Both the position numbers and the translations under genes were made by a program. A model generated the notes under the pieces. The model had not been told where the DNA came from and ran no database searches. It worked only from the letters and a program-made list of their open reading frames with translations. Source: Octopus sinensis (taxonomy: Eukaryota). Taken from it: a DNA stretch of 64,000 nucleotides. Positions 50,936 to 64,000 of this stretch are shown one piece after another. Every line of letters begins with the position of its first letter. Position 1 is the first letter of the stretch. The stretch spans positions 67,146,001-67,210,000 of the forward strand of contig NC_043004.1 in the NCBI RefSeq assembly GCF_006345805.1, read 5' to 3'.

Positions 50936-51894
50936 TATATATATATAAATATATATGTATGTATATATATATATATATATATATATTATGTATACATATA
51001 TATATTACATACGTACATATATATATATACATACATATATTATACATATATATATATATATATATATTATGTATATATAACACACACACATTCATATATA
51101 TACATACATACATATATTATATATATATATAATATATATATATATACATATGAGCGGGATGACCACTATATAGACAACCCTTATGCTAGAAGAAGATCTG
51201 CTATGGTCTTACCATTAAGAAATATTCCGAAGAAAAATTTTGCAAATACCAGAACGTAAGTGAGCAGGTCAAATGAAAAGTAACGAAAATATAGATTATT
51301 CACATACGTATTTTACTATGAACAGATTACGTAATTTTACTTACGCAATTTGTCCGTAGATCATCAGTGTGGCCGTCAATACAAATATAATTTGCAGAAC
51401 TATACATGAGGGCGTCCGCACGATGTCGGACTTTATCTAGTTCTACCTATTATACTTGTGGCTATTTTTCAAAAGTCCTCTTTTTGGCCCGCTAAATTAC
51501 CGGAAAATAATACTGCAGAAAATATTTTACTGCAGTGACTTTTGCCGGTTAGAGAACGTAGTCATTTAAATTTAAATTTTAAACGAGGGTGAGAAACTGG
51601 ATATAATTTAATTAAATTAACATCATCTTAACACCAGTCGTCTAGCATATAAAAATCTGAAAGTTCAGTAAATTGTATTATATACATATGAGATGGATGA
51701 CCACTATGTGGACAACCATTATGCTAGAAGTAGATCCAATTTCTCACTTTCGTTTTAAATTTATATATATATAAATACACACACACACAAACACACACAC
51801 ACATATATATATATATACCTATATATAGGTGTATATATTGTCATATATATATATATACACATATATACATGTATGTATATGTATATATATTTAC

Positions 51895-51943
<49 letters not shown>

Positions 51944-52283
51944 GATATATAGTGTGTGTGTATGTTGAATAAAATTAGACATCAAATCCAAGGCAGTGTC
52001 AAATTTCTAGGATATTTATATAGAGAGAATTAGTTTTGCACCTGTTTCAGGTATATAATGGTTATGTCATCATCAGAAACGATATGAGTGTGTTAAACAT
52101 AAGGTAATAGTAGAGGTCAATATTGGGGGTTATTTGGGAAAGAGAGAGATATAGGAAGTATAAGGAAAAATATGTGAACAGAAATAAAAAAAAATTATGT
52201 TAAAGTTCCATTATCCAAGGAATATGCTCTGTAGAGTGTATAAAAAAACATTGTCCATACATGCGCGCGCGCATACACACACA

Positions 52284-52367
<84 letters not shown>

Positions 52368-52762
52368 TTGTATATATATATATATATATGGATATATTTA
52401 TATGTGTGTGTGTGTATTTATACGTTTATCACTATTTACGATTCTCTCAATATAGACATAGAAATAATCGGACTAAATACCCGATCGTGCGATTAAACCA
52501 TTGGGAGTGAAGGAACCCTAGTCTTTGTTAGGGCATCCTTCAAGGAGAAGTTAACTCAGTTAACCTGCGGCTGAGTGGTTACCGATGATGTAGACCTGTT
52601 CTTCTTTTCGGATTAGGGTTGCTGTTGCTTTGTGAGTGGGATTGAGTCAGTGCACAGCCTTTCCTCACTTTAAAAAAAAATCTTCTTGCACAGGCATTGC
52701 ACGATAACAACATCGTTTAAGCTTGCGCAATGGCCATACCCGATAACGAGGGGGCAGCCACC

Positions 52763-52808
<46 letters not shown>

Positions 52809-53009
52809 CATAAGTTGAAATATGCACAGCTAGAGGAGAGACAGAGAAGGGGACCGAGAAGGAATAGAGTGATGGTGAGAGATGGTGTGAAACATTGAGA
52901 ATATTACAGAATCATGTATTATGACGCACAATCTCACAGATAGTCATGTATGCACACACGCATAACACACAGGACACACATCCAAAGACATTCACACACA
53001 CACACACAC

Positions 53010-53060
<51 letters not shown>

Positions 53061-54424
53061 CAGAGAGGGAAATATAGGGAGAGAGAGAGAGAGAGAAGGA
53101 GGGAGAGAGAGATAAATAGATAGACAGACAGGCAGACAGACAGGTAGATAGATAGATAGATCGATAGATAGATAGACAGATAGACAGACATATAGACAAA
53201 TAAGCAGACGATGTGGCTTCGATGTGGATTGAGGTATAGAGAATAGATGACGTACATAAGTATATGTTTAAGATATATTTGGGCATAATTATATTTAATT
53301 CTGTCTTATATTATTCATATTTTTTCAATTCAAGAACATGTCTATCGTTTTTATACATCTTGTTAATTCTTTCTCAGGGTCGATTTGACAAAATCCTTAT
53401 TTGTATGCATTACTATAGATGTTTTTGTTACTCTTCCGCGGTTAAATTTTTAGGGAAATTCGTTTCAATTAAGTTTCCACTCACTGAAATTTTTACGTAT
53501 TCTTTTCTTATGTGTTTCGTTATGTCTCTATTCAATGATGACAATTCTGGGAAAATTTCTGCTCATACGCATCATTCCCCTACCATGTATGTTCCTATTG
53601 ATATCGATCTTGTAATTGGGAAACGGAAATATTCTGCAGGGTATATATTTTCAATAAGAACCGAAGCTAAAGGAAAGTTTTCGATAAGTATATATTTTCG
53701 ATATGTATATATTTCCATAAATCAACATCCCCAGATGAAGTGAATGATTATTCACATGGAAAATGTCAAGAAGGTAATGAATTCATATATTTCCATTTTT
53801 GTATATAATGATAAATCCAGACAATTCAATGACTACCAGGATGTAATAATAAAGATTCTTTCTTGAAGACTGCAATATGTACTGTAAAAAAATTTACTTC
53901 GTTAATACTCTAATGATACAATGAAAATACATACTTAGGTGTATCTTTCGATGATTTAGATAATATGAATTTATATTTAATATAAATTTATATTAGCCAT
54001 TGAAAAATATTTCATTTTCATTATCATATCGATATTATAGATAGGTTCGTTGTAAATCTGATCTTTCCTTGTTGCTAACATCTATTTTGCATTAACACTC
54101 TGCAAACATATTTACTCATTTATTTTCTTTAATAAAAATCCATGATTGTACTTCATCCAGTCATTTTTAATCTGCAGTCTAGCCGTACCTTACATTTATC
54201 TTCATATTTAAATAAGAAAAAACATCCTTGTGTATGAAATTAAATCTATATTTTTACGTCTAACATCTGAAGTAAGATTATTTTTTCTTTCATGATATTA
54301 TATTAATATTCAATTATTTACGCTAATACCGTTGAAAACTGATTTCCTCGTTACACTGATCATGTTTAAGAATATTTTTTCATTAAGATCTAATCGAGGC
54401 GACCAATAAATTCTATGTCTAATA

Positions 54425-54870
54425 TACCGTATTTAGTCCTTTCTACAATAAGCGCAAAGTCTGAAATTTTGGGGAAAGAGGTAAGTCGATTACACCGAGG
54501 CAAGTGTTTCAACGGCGCTTAATTTAGCGACCCAGAAGGATGAAAGGCAACGTCGACTCCGACGGCGAGCTGGCAGAAACGTTAGCACGCCGGGCGAAAT
54601 GCTTAGCCGTATTTCGTCTGCGTTACGTTGTGAGTTCGAATTCCGGCGAGGTTGACTTTGCTTTTCATCGTTTCGGGGTCAATAAATTAAGTACCAGTTA
54701 CGCACTGGGGTCGATGTAATCGACTTAATACCTATGTCTGTCCTTGTTTGTCCCCTCTGTGTTTAGCCCCTTTGGGGATAATAAAGAAATAGGTACCTGA
54801 ACTCAAAACGTAGATAGACTAAATGCCTGTAAAGAATTTCGCCGGGCGTGCTAACGATTCTGCCGGCACG
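54425..54870. mobile_element. Cluster of three SINE family B pieces (-, +, -)
   Basis: 54425-54565 (-), 54565-54795 (+, complete long form), 54795-54870 (-). Confidence 0.8.
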
Positions 54871-54918
54871 CTACCTATTTTAGTATATATATATATATTA
54901 TATATTATAATATATATA

Positions 54919-54963
<45 letters not shown>

Positions 54964-54973
54964 TATATATATA

Positions 54974-55011
<38 letters not shown>

Positions 55012-55371
55012 CAAATGGATGCGTGTGTACCGTCATATAATAAATTAATAATAAAAATATGCATATATACATACGTATAGTACCCACCTACCTCTACGTA
55101 TATTATATATATATACATGTAGACGTAGGCACGTACATATATATATGTATATGTGCGTATGTATGTATATGCATATATGCAAATATAATATATATACACA
55201 CATATAATATAATATACATATATACATATACATATATATATATATACATATATATACATATATATATATATATACATAATTATATATATAATATATATAC
55301 ATGTATATATGCATATATATATATATACATATATAAATACATATATATATATATTATATATACATAAATAT

Positions 55372-56220
55372 ATCCTTAAATCCTTAAATCCTTAAAAATG
55401 TTCTAGCCGAAGGCCGCGGCCATGCTGGGGCACCACCGCTGAATGAGCTACACTAGTTTGTGAATCCCCTCTGATACGTGGCACTTGATCAACAAGGGAG
55501 TTCGATGCTGCTGCCCGCATCCGTGTCTCCTGTCGTGAGGTAGGTTCATCGGGGACACCAACAAGAGAGATCCAGTTTAGTTTTAAAGAAACCCACATCC
55601 ACACCATGTAAGTCTCTCAGGCTTTTTAGGGAGGGGTTAAAGAGCTGTGGTCCTCTGAACCCAAGCTGTTGCAGTATCTGGACCTGAATTTTGATGGTGA
55701 TGTTGGAATCCTTGGCACCACGAAGCGGCGCCCCGTTCTGCGGTTGGAGTAATGAATGCCAAAGTTGGGACAAGACCCTTTCAGGATTTCCAGATGTATA
55801 TCACTGCATATCTCTCCCGCCTCCGCTCCAGGGAGAAGAGGTTTAATACCTTCCGTCTTCCCAGTAGAGACATTTTGCATTGAGACGATTTTCTTTGTGT
55901 AGCTTCTCTGAGTTGCTTCGAGTTTTGCTCTTGTTTTATATTGTGTGGTGACCAAAGTTGGGAGCAGTAGTCCAAGCGGCTGAGGACGAATGTTTTCCAT
56001 AGGACCATCAGTGTCTCTTCTGTCTTGTTCTGAAAGTTCGGAGAATCCATCCAGCTAGACGTCTGCATTTTATCACCAGATTAGAGCAATATGCATTTGA
56101 AAAGATGCATCATTGCTCATGTCAATGCCCAGGTCACGCACTAATTTTGATCGGGGATTACAATTCTTCCTGGGCCAGTGTATCCAGTTTCACGTCATTT
56201 ACCTTTGTTGCCAGTTTCGC
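55372..56220 (-). mobile_element. CR1-group LINE 3' part with (TAAGGATT)n tail, cut by the assembly gap
   Basis: Minus strand with frameshifts: VRDLGIDMSNDASFQMHI, CRRLAGWILRTF, LMVLWKTFVLSRLDYCSQLWSP, LEATQRSYTKKI, LNLFSLERRRERY, RGPQLFN. Confidence 0.9.
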
Positions 56221-56320
56221 NNNNNNNNNNNNNNNNNNNNNNNNNNNNNNNNNNNNNNNNNNNNNNNNNNNNNNNNNNNNNNNNNNNNNNNNNNNNNNNN
56301 NNNNNNNNNNNNNNNNNNNN
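56221..56320. other. Assembly gap (100 N)
   Basis: Run of n. Confidence 1.
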
Positions 56321-57317
56321 ACTAAAATCTAATACAAGGCATTAAAGGCATAACTAACTAAACCCCGTTTGCTAATTGGCTGTTAATTATATGACAGTAT
56401 TGCTCATCTGCTTGGAATATTCTTCAGATATTTTCGGAATAAACGTCTGCTATTTTAAGCATGACTCCTTTATTGTCAAGAAGCCAAGATATTTTAAAAC
56501 AGAGAGAGAAAAATAACTATTAATATTTGATAACCGCAAGTAATGAGAAATGCACAATTTCTGTCAAACGAAGTATTCTCCAAGGACAACCATAAACCTG
56601 AATAACAGTTTCGGGTTGTTGTATTATTTTGTTATTTAGTATTTTGCTCATACTGGCGTAATAGAAGGATTTCAGACAAAGCATGGATTTGGTAGCGGTA
56701 ATAATAGTTGGGCATGTAAATGAATGCGGCATTAACAATCACCTTGCCGCAAATGATCCTACTTGCCGTCATTTCCGCCACTCAGACCACTGAAATTAAA
56801 TATCCGCGTTATTTTCCTTTCTGAGAAGTGTAGATTTTGTTAAAATCAGGTCAAGAATTTATAAATAGTTGTAAGAGGGCTTTTTTTTTATCACTGCGTC
56901 TTACACAAATACAGTGAAAACATAGTATAGTCGGTAATATGAATATGATTATCTTTTTCCTGACAAACGAATATTAATCATAATAATCTTGAAGTTTAAC
57001 AAAAAATAAAATAGATATATTTTAGCGAGACATACTGCAAAAATTTCGACGTTTCGGAAAATTGATTTCTTTTGGGGAAGCAAAATGTCAAGAACAACAT
57101 CGGAATATCTAAGAAGTAAAAGAAATACGATAATTAGGTTTACTAATTTCTTTGACAAACAAAAAAATTGAATATTATTAACTGAAGAATGAATAATTGA
57201 AGACAGAATAAAATTTAAACAGTAGGAGAATACAGGTAAAGATGAACATCACAAAATAAGAAAGGAAAACAGGGAACAGTGTGACCCAACAAAAATACGA
57301 GAAGCGAATCTCCACAT

Positions 57318-57690
57318 GTAGGCGCAGGAGTGGCCATATAGGCGCAGGAGTGGCTACAGAGGAGCATGATTGGCTATATAGCGCACAAATGGCAATATAG
57401 GAGCAGGAGTGTCTGTGTCGTAGGTAGCTTACTTACCAACCCTATGCTTCTGGGTTCAATCGCACTGCATGACACCTCCGAAATTTTTGCAGTATTTCTC
57501 GCTAAATTATCTCTACTTAATTTTGTGTTAAACTTCAATATTTTCATGGTTAATATTACCGTCTCAGGAAACGAGATAATTATTTTCATATTACCGGTTA
57601 CACTATGTATTCATTGTCATCTACTATAGCCTCGGGCCGACCCAAACCTTGTGAGTGGATTTGATTGACGGAAACTGAAGGAAGCCAGTC

Positions 57691-57779
<89 letters not shown>

Positions 57780-58042
57780 ATGTGTGTGTGTCTGAGAGAG
57801 AGAGAGCGTGTGTGTGTGTGCGTGTGTACGTTTCGTATGTCTGTAGTTGTCCCTCCAACATCACTTGACAACTGATGCTGGTGTATTTACGTCCCTGTAA
57901 CTTAACGGTTCACTGAAAGATACCGATAGAATGAGTACTAAGCTGGCGAAGAATAAGCCCTGGGGTCCATTTGCTCGACTAAAGGCGGTGCTCCAATATG
58001 GCCGCAGTCAAATGCATGAAACATATAAGAATAAAAGAATAA
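57318..58042 (+). mobile_element. SINE family A with ~5 degenerate tandem heads and a 135 bp insertion (57477-57611)
   Basis: taggcgcaggagtggc repeats at 57318-57412; the body is interrupted at cacc|...|cattgtcatctactatagc. Confidence 0.85.
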
Positions 58043-58269
58043 CGGCAGTTACGTGACTCTGATGAAGACAACGAAATTATATACAACATTATCCGATGAT
58101 TACTCTAGTCCCTTGTGGGCGTATAAACAGAATGGTTGTTTCGTCGTGGGGCATTTTCTGCTTATGTTGTCCACCGAGAAACAATTAGGATTGTCACAAA
58201 ATTATTCAGGAGACGTGTTTTTTAGTAAAAAATATAGAACAGAAGTTTACTCTACAAATACAAGCTGAG

Positions 58270-58440
58270 GTTGGCGTTCGCTTCCAATCTCGGTCAACAC
58301 AGAAAACGCAAACGATCGTTCTGGGTACACGAGACACGAGGGCGAACGGTGGCTGTCCTGCTGAGTCGCTTGCTTCTCTGAACTGTCGAATGGATTGGAT
58401 TTTCCAAAGAAGATGGGCGAGAATTGTATTTTCCATTCTC
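58270..58440 (+). pseudogene. Possible hAT (Buster/Charlie-type) transposase relic
   Basis: YTRHEGERWLSC*VACFSELSNGLDF resembles the HTEVRWLSRG..L.R.FELR.E motif; single short match only. Confidence 0.3.
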
Positions 58441-58679
58441 TGCATTTATTTGTAGAGTTCATTGAATAGTATATCATCTTTTATTTACCTCTGCATGTTT
58501 ATAAAGTTTATACATTACTCATCACTGGCTGCTGCGTAATTTTGAATATCTGTTGGAGCGCTTGCGACAATATACACAAAAAAGGTATTATTATTTAGGA
58601 GTTGGAGTGGCTGTGTGGTAAGTAGGTTGCTTACCAACCACATGGTGCCGGGTTCAGTCCCACTTCATCCCATGTGTGT

Positions 58680-59090
58680 ATATTAATTGCAATAATAAAG
58701 TGTATTTATTGATTGACATGAGTCAATCACAATATAGTGGCGAAAGAATTTGACAAGATCAGTAAATATAAAGACTTGCCAATAGAAATTGAAAAAAATG
58801 TGGCATCTCAAGACGACTACAGTACCAGTGATTGTAGGATCCCTAGGAATGATAAAAAAAAAAGCTACTGAAACCTGTTTGAAAAAGATACCAGGCTTAC
58901 TATCCCTACGGAAGTGCAAAATATCATATTAGCTGGAACGACTCATGTACTGAGAAGAGCATTATCGCTGAGAAATCAACATCCAATAATGAATTTATTT
59001 ATTTATCTTAAAAATACCTGTGAATTTTCAGTGAGTAATCTGGGAATGCATACAATGAGCTTCTCTGCCCTAGGTGAACGGAAAAAATAA
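58680..59090 (+). mobile_element. R4/Dong LINE 3' fragment followed by (AAT)n
   Basis: NNKVYLLIDM...AKEFDKISKYKDLPIEIEK/MWHLKTTTVPVIVGSLGMIKK...EVQNIILAGTTHVLRRALS; preceded by a SINE A head (58604-58668). Confidence 0.85.
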
Positions 59091-59135
59091 TATTAATAAT
59101 AATAATAACAATAACAAAGCAACAACAACAACAAC

Positions 59136-59170
<35 letters not shown>

Positions 59171-59189
59171 TAATAATAATAATAATAAT

Positions 59190-59655
59190 TGTTTTGTCTT
59201 GGTATAAAAGATGGGCTACAGCAAATATTCTGCTTAATACCACAGTTGGTTGCCCTTAACCAGTTGACCATGTGGCTGAGGATATGTGCATCTCTGACCA
59301 CAAGCAGAAGTAGTGGGGAGCATCATAGCCGTGTGTTGAAATGAATTCTTGGAGGTTTGGATAATTCACATTTGGAAACATCGGTGGTTCGTGCAACATT
59401 CTTAAACAATCCTTATTCTGGGACCTTTTGAGCGGGATAGGCTACTCGACCAGAAGCAAATTCTAACTGGGCCCCTACCTGCAAGATCATGTGCTGTTTA
59501 TCTTGATATGAGATCACCATGTCGCACACATAGGGTTGTGATGCATGTGCCTAGTGTACCCTTACTAGACGGGTAGTCATGATGGGTATACTGGGCTTCG
59601 TATATTTTACCCCAGTGTCACATTGATGGCGTGCTCTGCTCTCTCACTCAGGAAT
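59190..59655 (+). mobile_element. Family D element, apparently complete, with (AAT)n on both sides
   Basis: ttgtcttggtataaaagatgggctacagc ... gcgtgctctgctctctcactcagg-(aat)n. Confidence 0.85.
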
Positions 59656-59656
59656 G

Positions 59657-59729
<73 letters not shown>

Positions 59730-59734
59730 CAACG

Positions 59735-59896
59735 ATTTCACTTTTTGCACCCGGCAAGCAATTTCAGGTATGTGTACATATTTATGAGCCCCGAGGAAAT
59801 ACGGGGATGAATCTAGTGGTATTTGAACTGATAACGTGAAGACTAACGAAATATCGCTGCCCGGGGTAATCATGATTTTGGCAGTTCGCTGCCTTC

Positions 59897-59897
<1 letters not shown>
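59735..59897 (-). mobile_element. Degraded SINE family B between AAT tracts
   Basis: Minus strand aaggcagcgaactgccaaaatc...gcgatatttcgttagtcttcacgttatcagttcaaatacc. Confidence 0.55.
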
Positions 59898-59947
<50 letters not shown>

Positions 59948-60245
59948 TAATAATAATAATAATAATAATAATATTTTAGCATTGGACATATTATGATTAT
60001 CCTCCTTGTTTCCCCTTGTGTAAATATATTATTGCTTTTCATATCGGTGTTCGCATAATTCATGTTATTAACCACATTGTCATCGTAATTTTCCCAAATA
60101 TAGCGTCATCTATCACGCATGTAGTAATAATAAAGGACAAGATATGTTGTTATTTTTATTACTAAAATTATTGTTGCTGCTGTTGTTGTTGTTGTTGCTA
60201 TTATTATTATTATTATTATTATTATTATCATTGTAAGCACTTGAT

Positions 60246-60308
<63 letters not shown>

Positions 60309-61061
60309 TCATCATATTAGATATCGTATTATTATTGCGTACGAAACAATTAGCATCATAAGACGATGGCTAAATTATTGCAATAGCTTGTTTATACTGG
60401 GAAATACTCCGAGAAGGACTTTTGCAAATCAATTTAACTGAACATTCATGATTTCTGCTAACTACGAAACATTCGGTAATGCGAATACAATTTAATATGC
60501 TAGAAGATCCTTATTGTCGGATGTACGTAAATCTTTCCACGAGTTGTACAGATAACGTGGAAGAAGCTTAATGGATTAACTACTGATGGGAATTTGTATA
60601 CATACCACGTGTTATTTAGATTACATTTGTCTAGAATGATCAAACTGCACACTAATATACGCAGCAGTAACTATAGGGTTTTCTTTTGTATTTGTAATTC
60701 TCGGCTACATAATTTAGCAGTTGTATGTTTTAAAATGCAAAGCATAAGGTACGTCGTTCTAGAAACTTCTACTAACGTGTCTTTGGGTATTTTGTATTTA
60801 AACTCATATATACAGTCTTCTCTTTAAGCATCTTCCTTCTTGTATTATTTGTAAATCTATAGGAGATAATGTTTGACTAGTTCACGATGAACATAACAAT
60901 ACGATATTGGCTTCCGGTATCTTTCAGTGAACGGTTGAATACCTAAGATTTTCTGCATGGAACCACAAACATTCACACATACACACATACATACATGCAC
61001 ACACACACCCAAACAGACACACATACATGCGTTCATGCACACATATTTACATACTTTCTCT

Positions 61062-61286
61062 TTCTCTTTAACTTGTTTCAGTCATTTGGTACTCCATACT
61101 GGAGCAGCGCTTTTAGTCGAGCAAATCGACCCCAGGACTTATACTTTGGAAGTCTAGTACTTATTCTATCGGTCTCTTCTGCCGAACCGCTAAGTTACGG
61201 GAACGTAACACACAGGTATCGGTTGTCAAGAGATGTTGGGGGACAATCACAGTCACAAAAACACACACACACACACACACATATAC

Positions 61287-61346
<60 letters not shown>

Positions 61347-61500
61347 ATATATACATCATATACATTATATATATATATACATATAGACGACGGACTTCTT
61401 TCAGTTTCCGTCTACCAATTCCACTCATAAGGCTTTAGTCGGCCCGAGGCCATAGTAGAAGACACTTGCCCAATGTACCACGCAGTGGGAATGAACAAGG
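61062..61500 (-). mobile_element. SINE family A
   Basis: Reverse complement of the family A body; head truncated. Confidence 0.85.
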
Positions 61501-61899
61501 ACCATTCATGAACCAAACCCAGATTACATAACGTTTCGTATCCAAAGGAAGGGTCTACACCCATCGATGTAGGGTCGCAGAGTAAAATTCTTTTACTTTG
61601 CATAAAATGGTTTCTTGCTGAAAATATCACGGTTTATACTGGTCAGCTCATATGACGTGGCATATGCTACGCAAATATGGAATAACTCAACATTTTTTAT
61701 TATTTTTTAATAACCTAATCGTATTTTCAGTGTATGTGTGTATGTGCGTGTGTTTGTCTGAAAGTGTGTGTGTTAATGCAAGTGTATACACAAACATATG
61801 TACATTGTTTGTACGTATATGTACACATGTGTAAAATAATGAAATAACCATACATATAATACATATATATATTTACACATATGTGCATATATGTATCTT

Positions 61900-61934
<35 letters not shown>

Positions 61935-62392
61935 TGTGTGTGTGTGTGTGTGAACATATCAAAAGTTAAAGTTTACAATACGAAAACAATGAACGTTATT
62001 TTGTTTTTTTTACGGTGTGTTTCCGTTGCAGCACAACAAATATAAGTAAATTTATTTACTGAGAAACTCTCTGAGATGAAAACAACGTTCTCTGATGAAA
62101 CACATCAATAACATATACTGCTATGTTCTTTGATGGAGATTTGGCATTAAGATGTGAGCTATACAAGAAAATATACATAGGTTTACATACGTTGATAGAC
62201 GTAAAATTATACAAATATACACAAGTTCATATATTCACACATGAACGTATACACAAGCATACACTCACTCACAAATACATACATCCAACACACACACAGA
62301 GAGGGACACACGCACACAGCCACATATACATTTATTTGTATATATACATATATATCTATCTATCTGTCTGTCTGTCTGTCTGTCTGTGTGTG

Positions 62393-62446
<54 letters not shown>

Positions 62447-62629
62447 CATTCAATAGTACGCGTAAATATGGCGCTGGACTTGTCTCTTATTTTTCTTGAA
62501 AGTCATCATTATTTCTTAATATTACATCTTTCAAAAGTTCGCTTCCTTCAATGTAGGTAGTATTTCTGAAATGAAATTCACTATCACTCCGTGATAGTCA
62601 ATGTTTCTTTTTTGTGCGTGTGTCGGGGA

Positions 62630-62930
62630 AGTAGAGATGAAAGCTTGTACCTTAATATTTCCTGGGCCACTTGTGCAACATTCTGGCATGGGGTTTGGTA
62701 CGTGCGTGGAAAGAAAGTTAAGTATTGAAGAAGCACGGAAAGAAAATGATGCAACGCACAAGGGATTTACGATGGAGGGATAAAAGTATAAATAGGGCAA
62801 AGCGGATAGAGCTCAAAGTGAAAAATTTATGTAATTATTAACACCGATAGAAACGCATTTTGATTGCTTATGGGGTAAAAGAAGTTATTTAAAAGCACAA
62901 GAGGGGGAAATGGAACAAAGACTATACATA
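62630..62930 (+). mobile_element. Possible highly degraded RTE-like LINE relic
   Basis: NILAWGLVRAWKES*VLKKHGKKMMQRTRDLRWRDKSINRAKRIELKVKNL resembles the L.YG.ETW...MERRMLGIRWRD..N..IR...V thumb region. Confidence 0.35.
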
Positions 62931-63600
62931 AATAAATAAAATACCGTTCTGTTGTATTTTAATATCGCTAATCCGTCGATTTTTTTTTCAATTTTAGGTA
63001 TTTTCGAAGTAACTGTATGCTATTGCAATATCTCTGGGCTTCTCTTCAACTAGGTTAGAATACGAATGCTTCTGAGAAATTTCTTTTCGCCAGTCTACAT
63101 CAAATCGCACCTTGTTTTCAATATATAGTATGTTTATCGTTTTAAGGTGTTCTATTTTAATCACATTGATGTCATAAATTATATACGTACCATTTGCTGC
63201 ATTCAGGGGACATGGACAAACGTCACGCCCGTTGTAAGTACGTAGCGTTTTCTCTCCAGAAAATCTGTTACTTTTCTTATCCCCAAATGACTAATAGTTT
63301 TAAGCCATATGACAGTTAAACTAAGTCGAACAGTAACATAACAAGGTTTTAGTTCTGTATATACAATTTTAAGCTATATAATCTTAATTTTGGGATTTTT
63401 TCCATAAATTACTAGAAGCAAGTTAGATGGCATTTTGCATGAGGTTAAGAATGTTGAACTAGTGACTTTTTTCAGTAATGCATGCCCAGGTATAAAATAT
63501 TTAACTTGGTATATTTTGAAGAAAATACCTACAGTAGATCACGTTTTTGTCAGGATTTCTAAAAGACAAAATCCTGGAATATATCGAAAGCTATTATTAA

Positions 63601-64000
63601 ATGATTCTTTATTCACTTACTTTCTCCGATGACGAGCAAAATAGTAGATATTTTGTTAGAGATAAAATATTAGAGAAAGCCTTTGCTATTTTCAGTGGAA
63701 TTACAGAACACACGAAAATGATATCTCTCTCTACATCTCTGCCATTAGTAAACAAATTCCTGATTCTGAGAATGCCGTATCTTCATTCATTGGGTTATAG
63801 GAAAACAATGTCTTATATTTTTGTCAATAGCGTTGAACACATTCTAAGTGTGACTCGTTTTCCTAATGGCTCAGCTTATAACATGTCGTATTTTGATTCG
63901 AGTGTTGGAACTGCTGCTAGAAGTATTTCAGTTAATCATTTTCCCCAAACATTTATGATATTTCGGACGAGTGATTATTTTTTGTTGTCGGAACATGGGT
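63601..64000 (+). CDS. Candidate coding exon/ORF of unknown product, open to the window end (133 codons)
   Basis: ATG at 63601, no stop through 64000: MILYSLTFSDDEQNSRYFVRDKILEKAFAIFSGITEHTKMISLSTSLPLVNKFLILRMPYLHSLGYRKTMSYIFVNSVEHILSVTRFPNGSAYNMSYFDSSVGTAARSISVNHFPQTFMIFRTSDYFLLSEHG. Non-repetitive; possible acceptor tattttgttag at 63659. Missing from the track because it is unterminated. Confidence 0.4.
   Translation, partial: MILYSLTFSDDEQNSRYFVRDKILEKAFAIFSGITEHTKMISLSTSLPLVNKFLILRMPYLHSLGYRKTMSYIFVNSVEHILSVTRFPNGSAYNMSYFDSSVGTAARSISVNHFPQTFMIFRTSDYFLLSEHG

Noticed and set aside
53264-53743. 159 aa + strand ORF
   Set aside because: F/I/Y/S-biased, no recognisable motif or convincing splice context; the opposite strand is equally stop-poor, so the coding strand cannot be supported.
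56400-56800. GPCR-like hydrophobic stretches on the minus strand
   Set aside because: No DRY/NPxxY-quality motif, multiple stops; hydrophobicity is explained by AT bias.
58060-58082. CTGATGA...GAAA hammerhead-like words
   Set aside because: No stem II pairing, no stem I or III.

Overview
AT-rich, microsatellite-saturated eukaryotic DNA. The SINE, LINE and simple-repeat mix looks like an octopod cephalopod genome; this is inferred from remembered repeat families, not from a search. No intact, identifiable protein-coding gene was found, and nearly all ORFs in the supplied track are translated microsatellites. Recognisable content: five R4/Dong-clade (REL-endonuclease) LINE pieces, four directly beside AAT/AAC tracts and the fifth with such a tract on its 3' side, the largest ~3.2 kb; CR1-like and RTE-like LINE relics; two mariner relics; a Helitron-like element nested in a SINE; many copies of several tRNA-derived SINE families; a 100-N gap; and a 133-codon open frame running off the right end. 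The most interesting signal is a set of unrelated-looking fold-back (long inverted repeat) elements sitting in (TA)n tracts. One family contains a near-complete type I hammerhead ribozyme with a palindromic stem III (34441-34529 +, second copy 47385-47478 -). A second family has a decayed version, and another palindrome is fused directly to a Penelope-like ORF start. Together these suggest a (TA)n-resident, hammerhead-bearing, Penelope-derived non-autonomous element system alongside an (AAT)n-resident Dong system.
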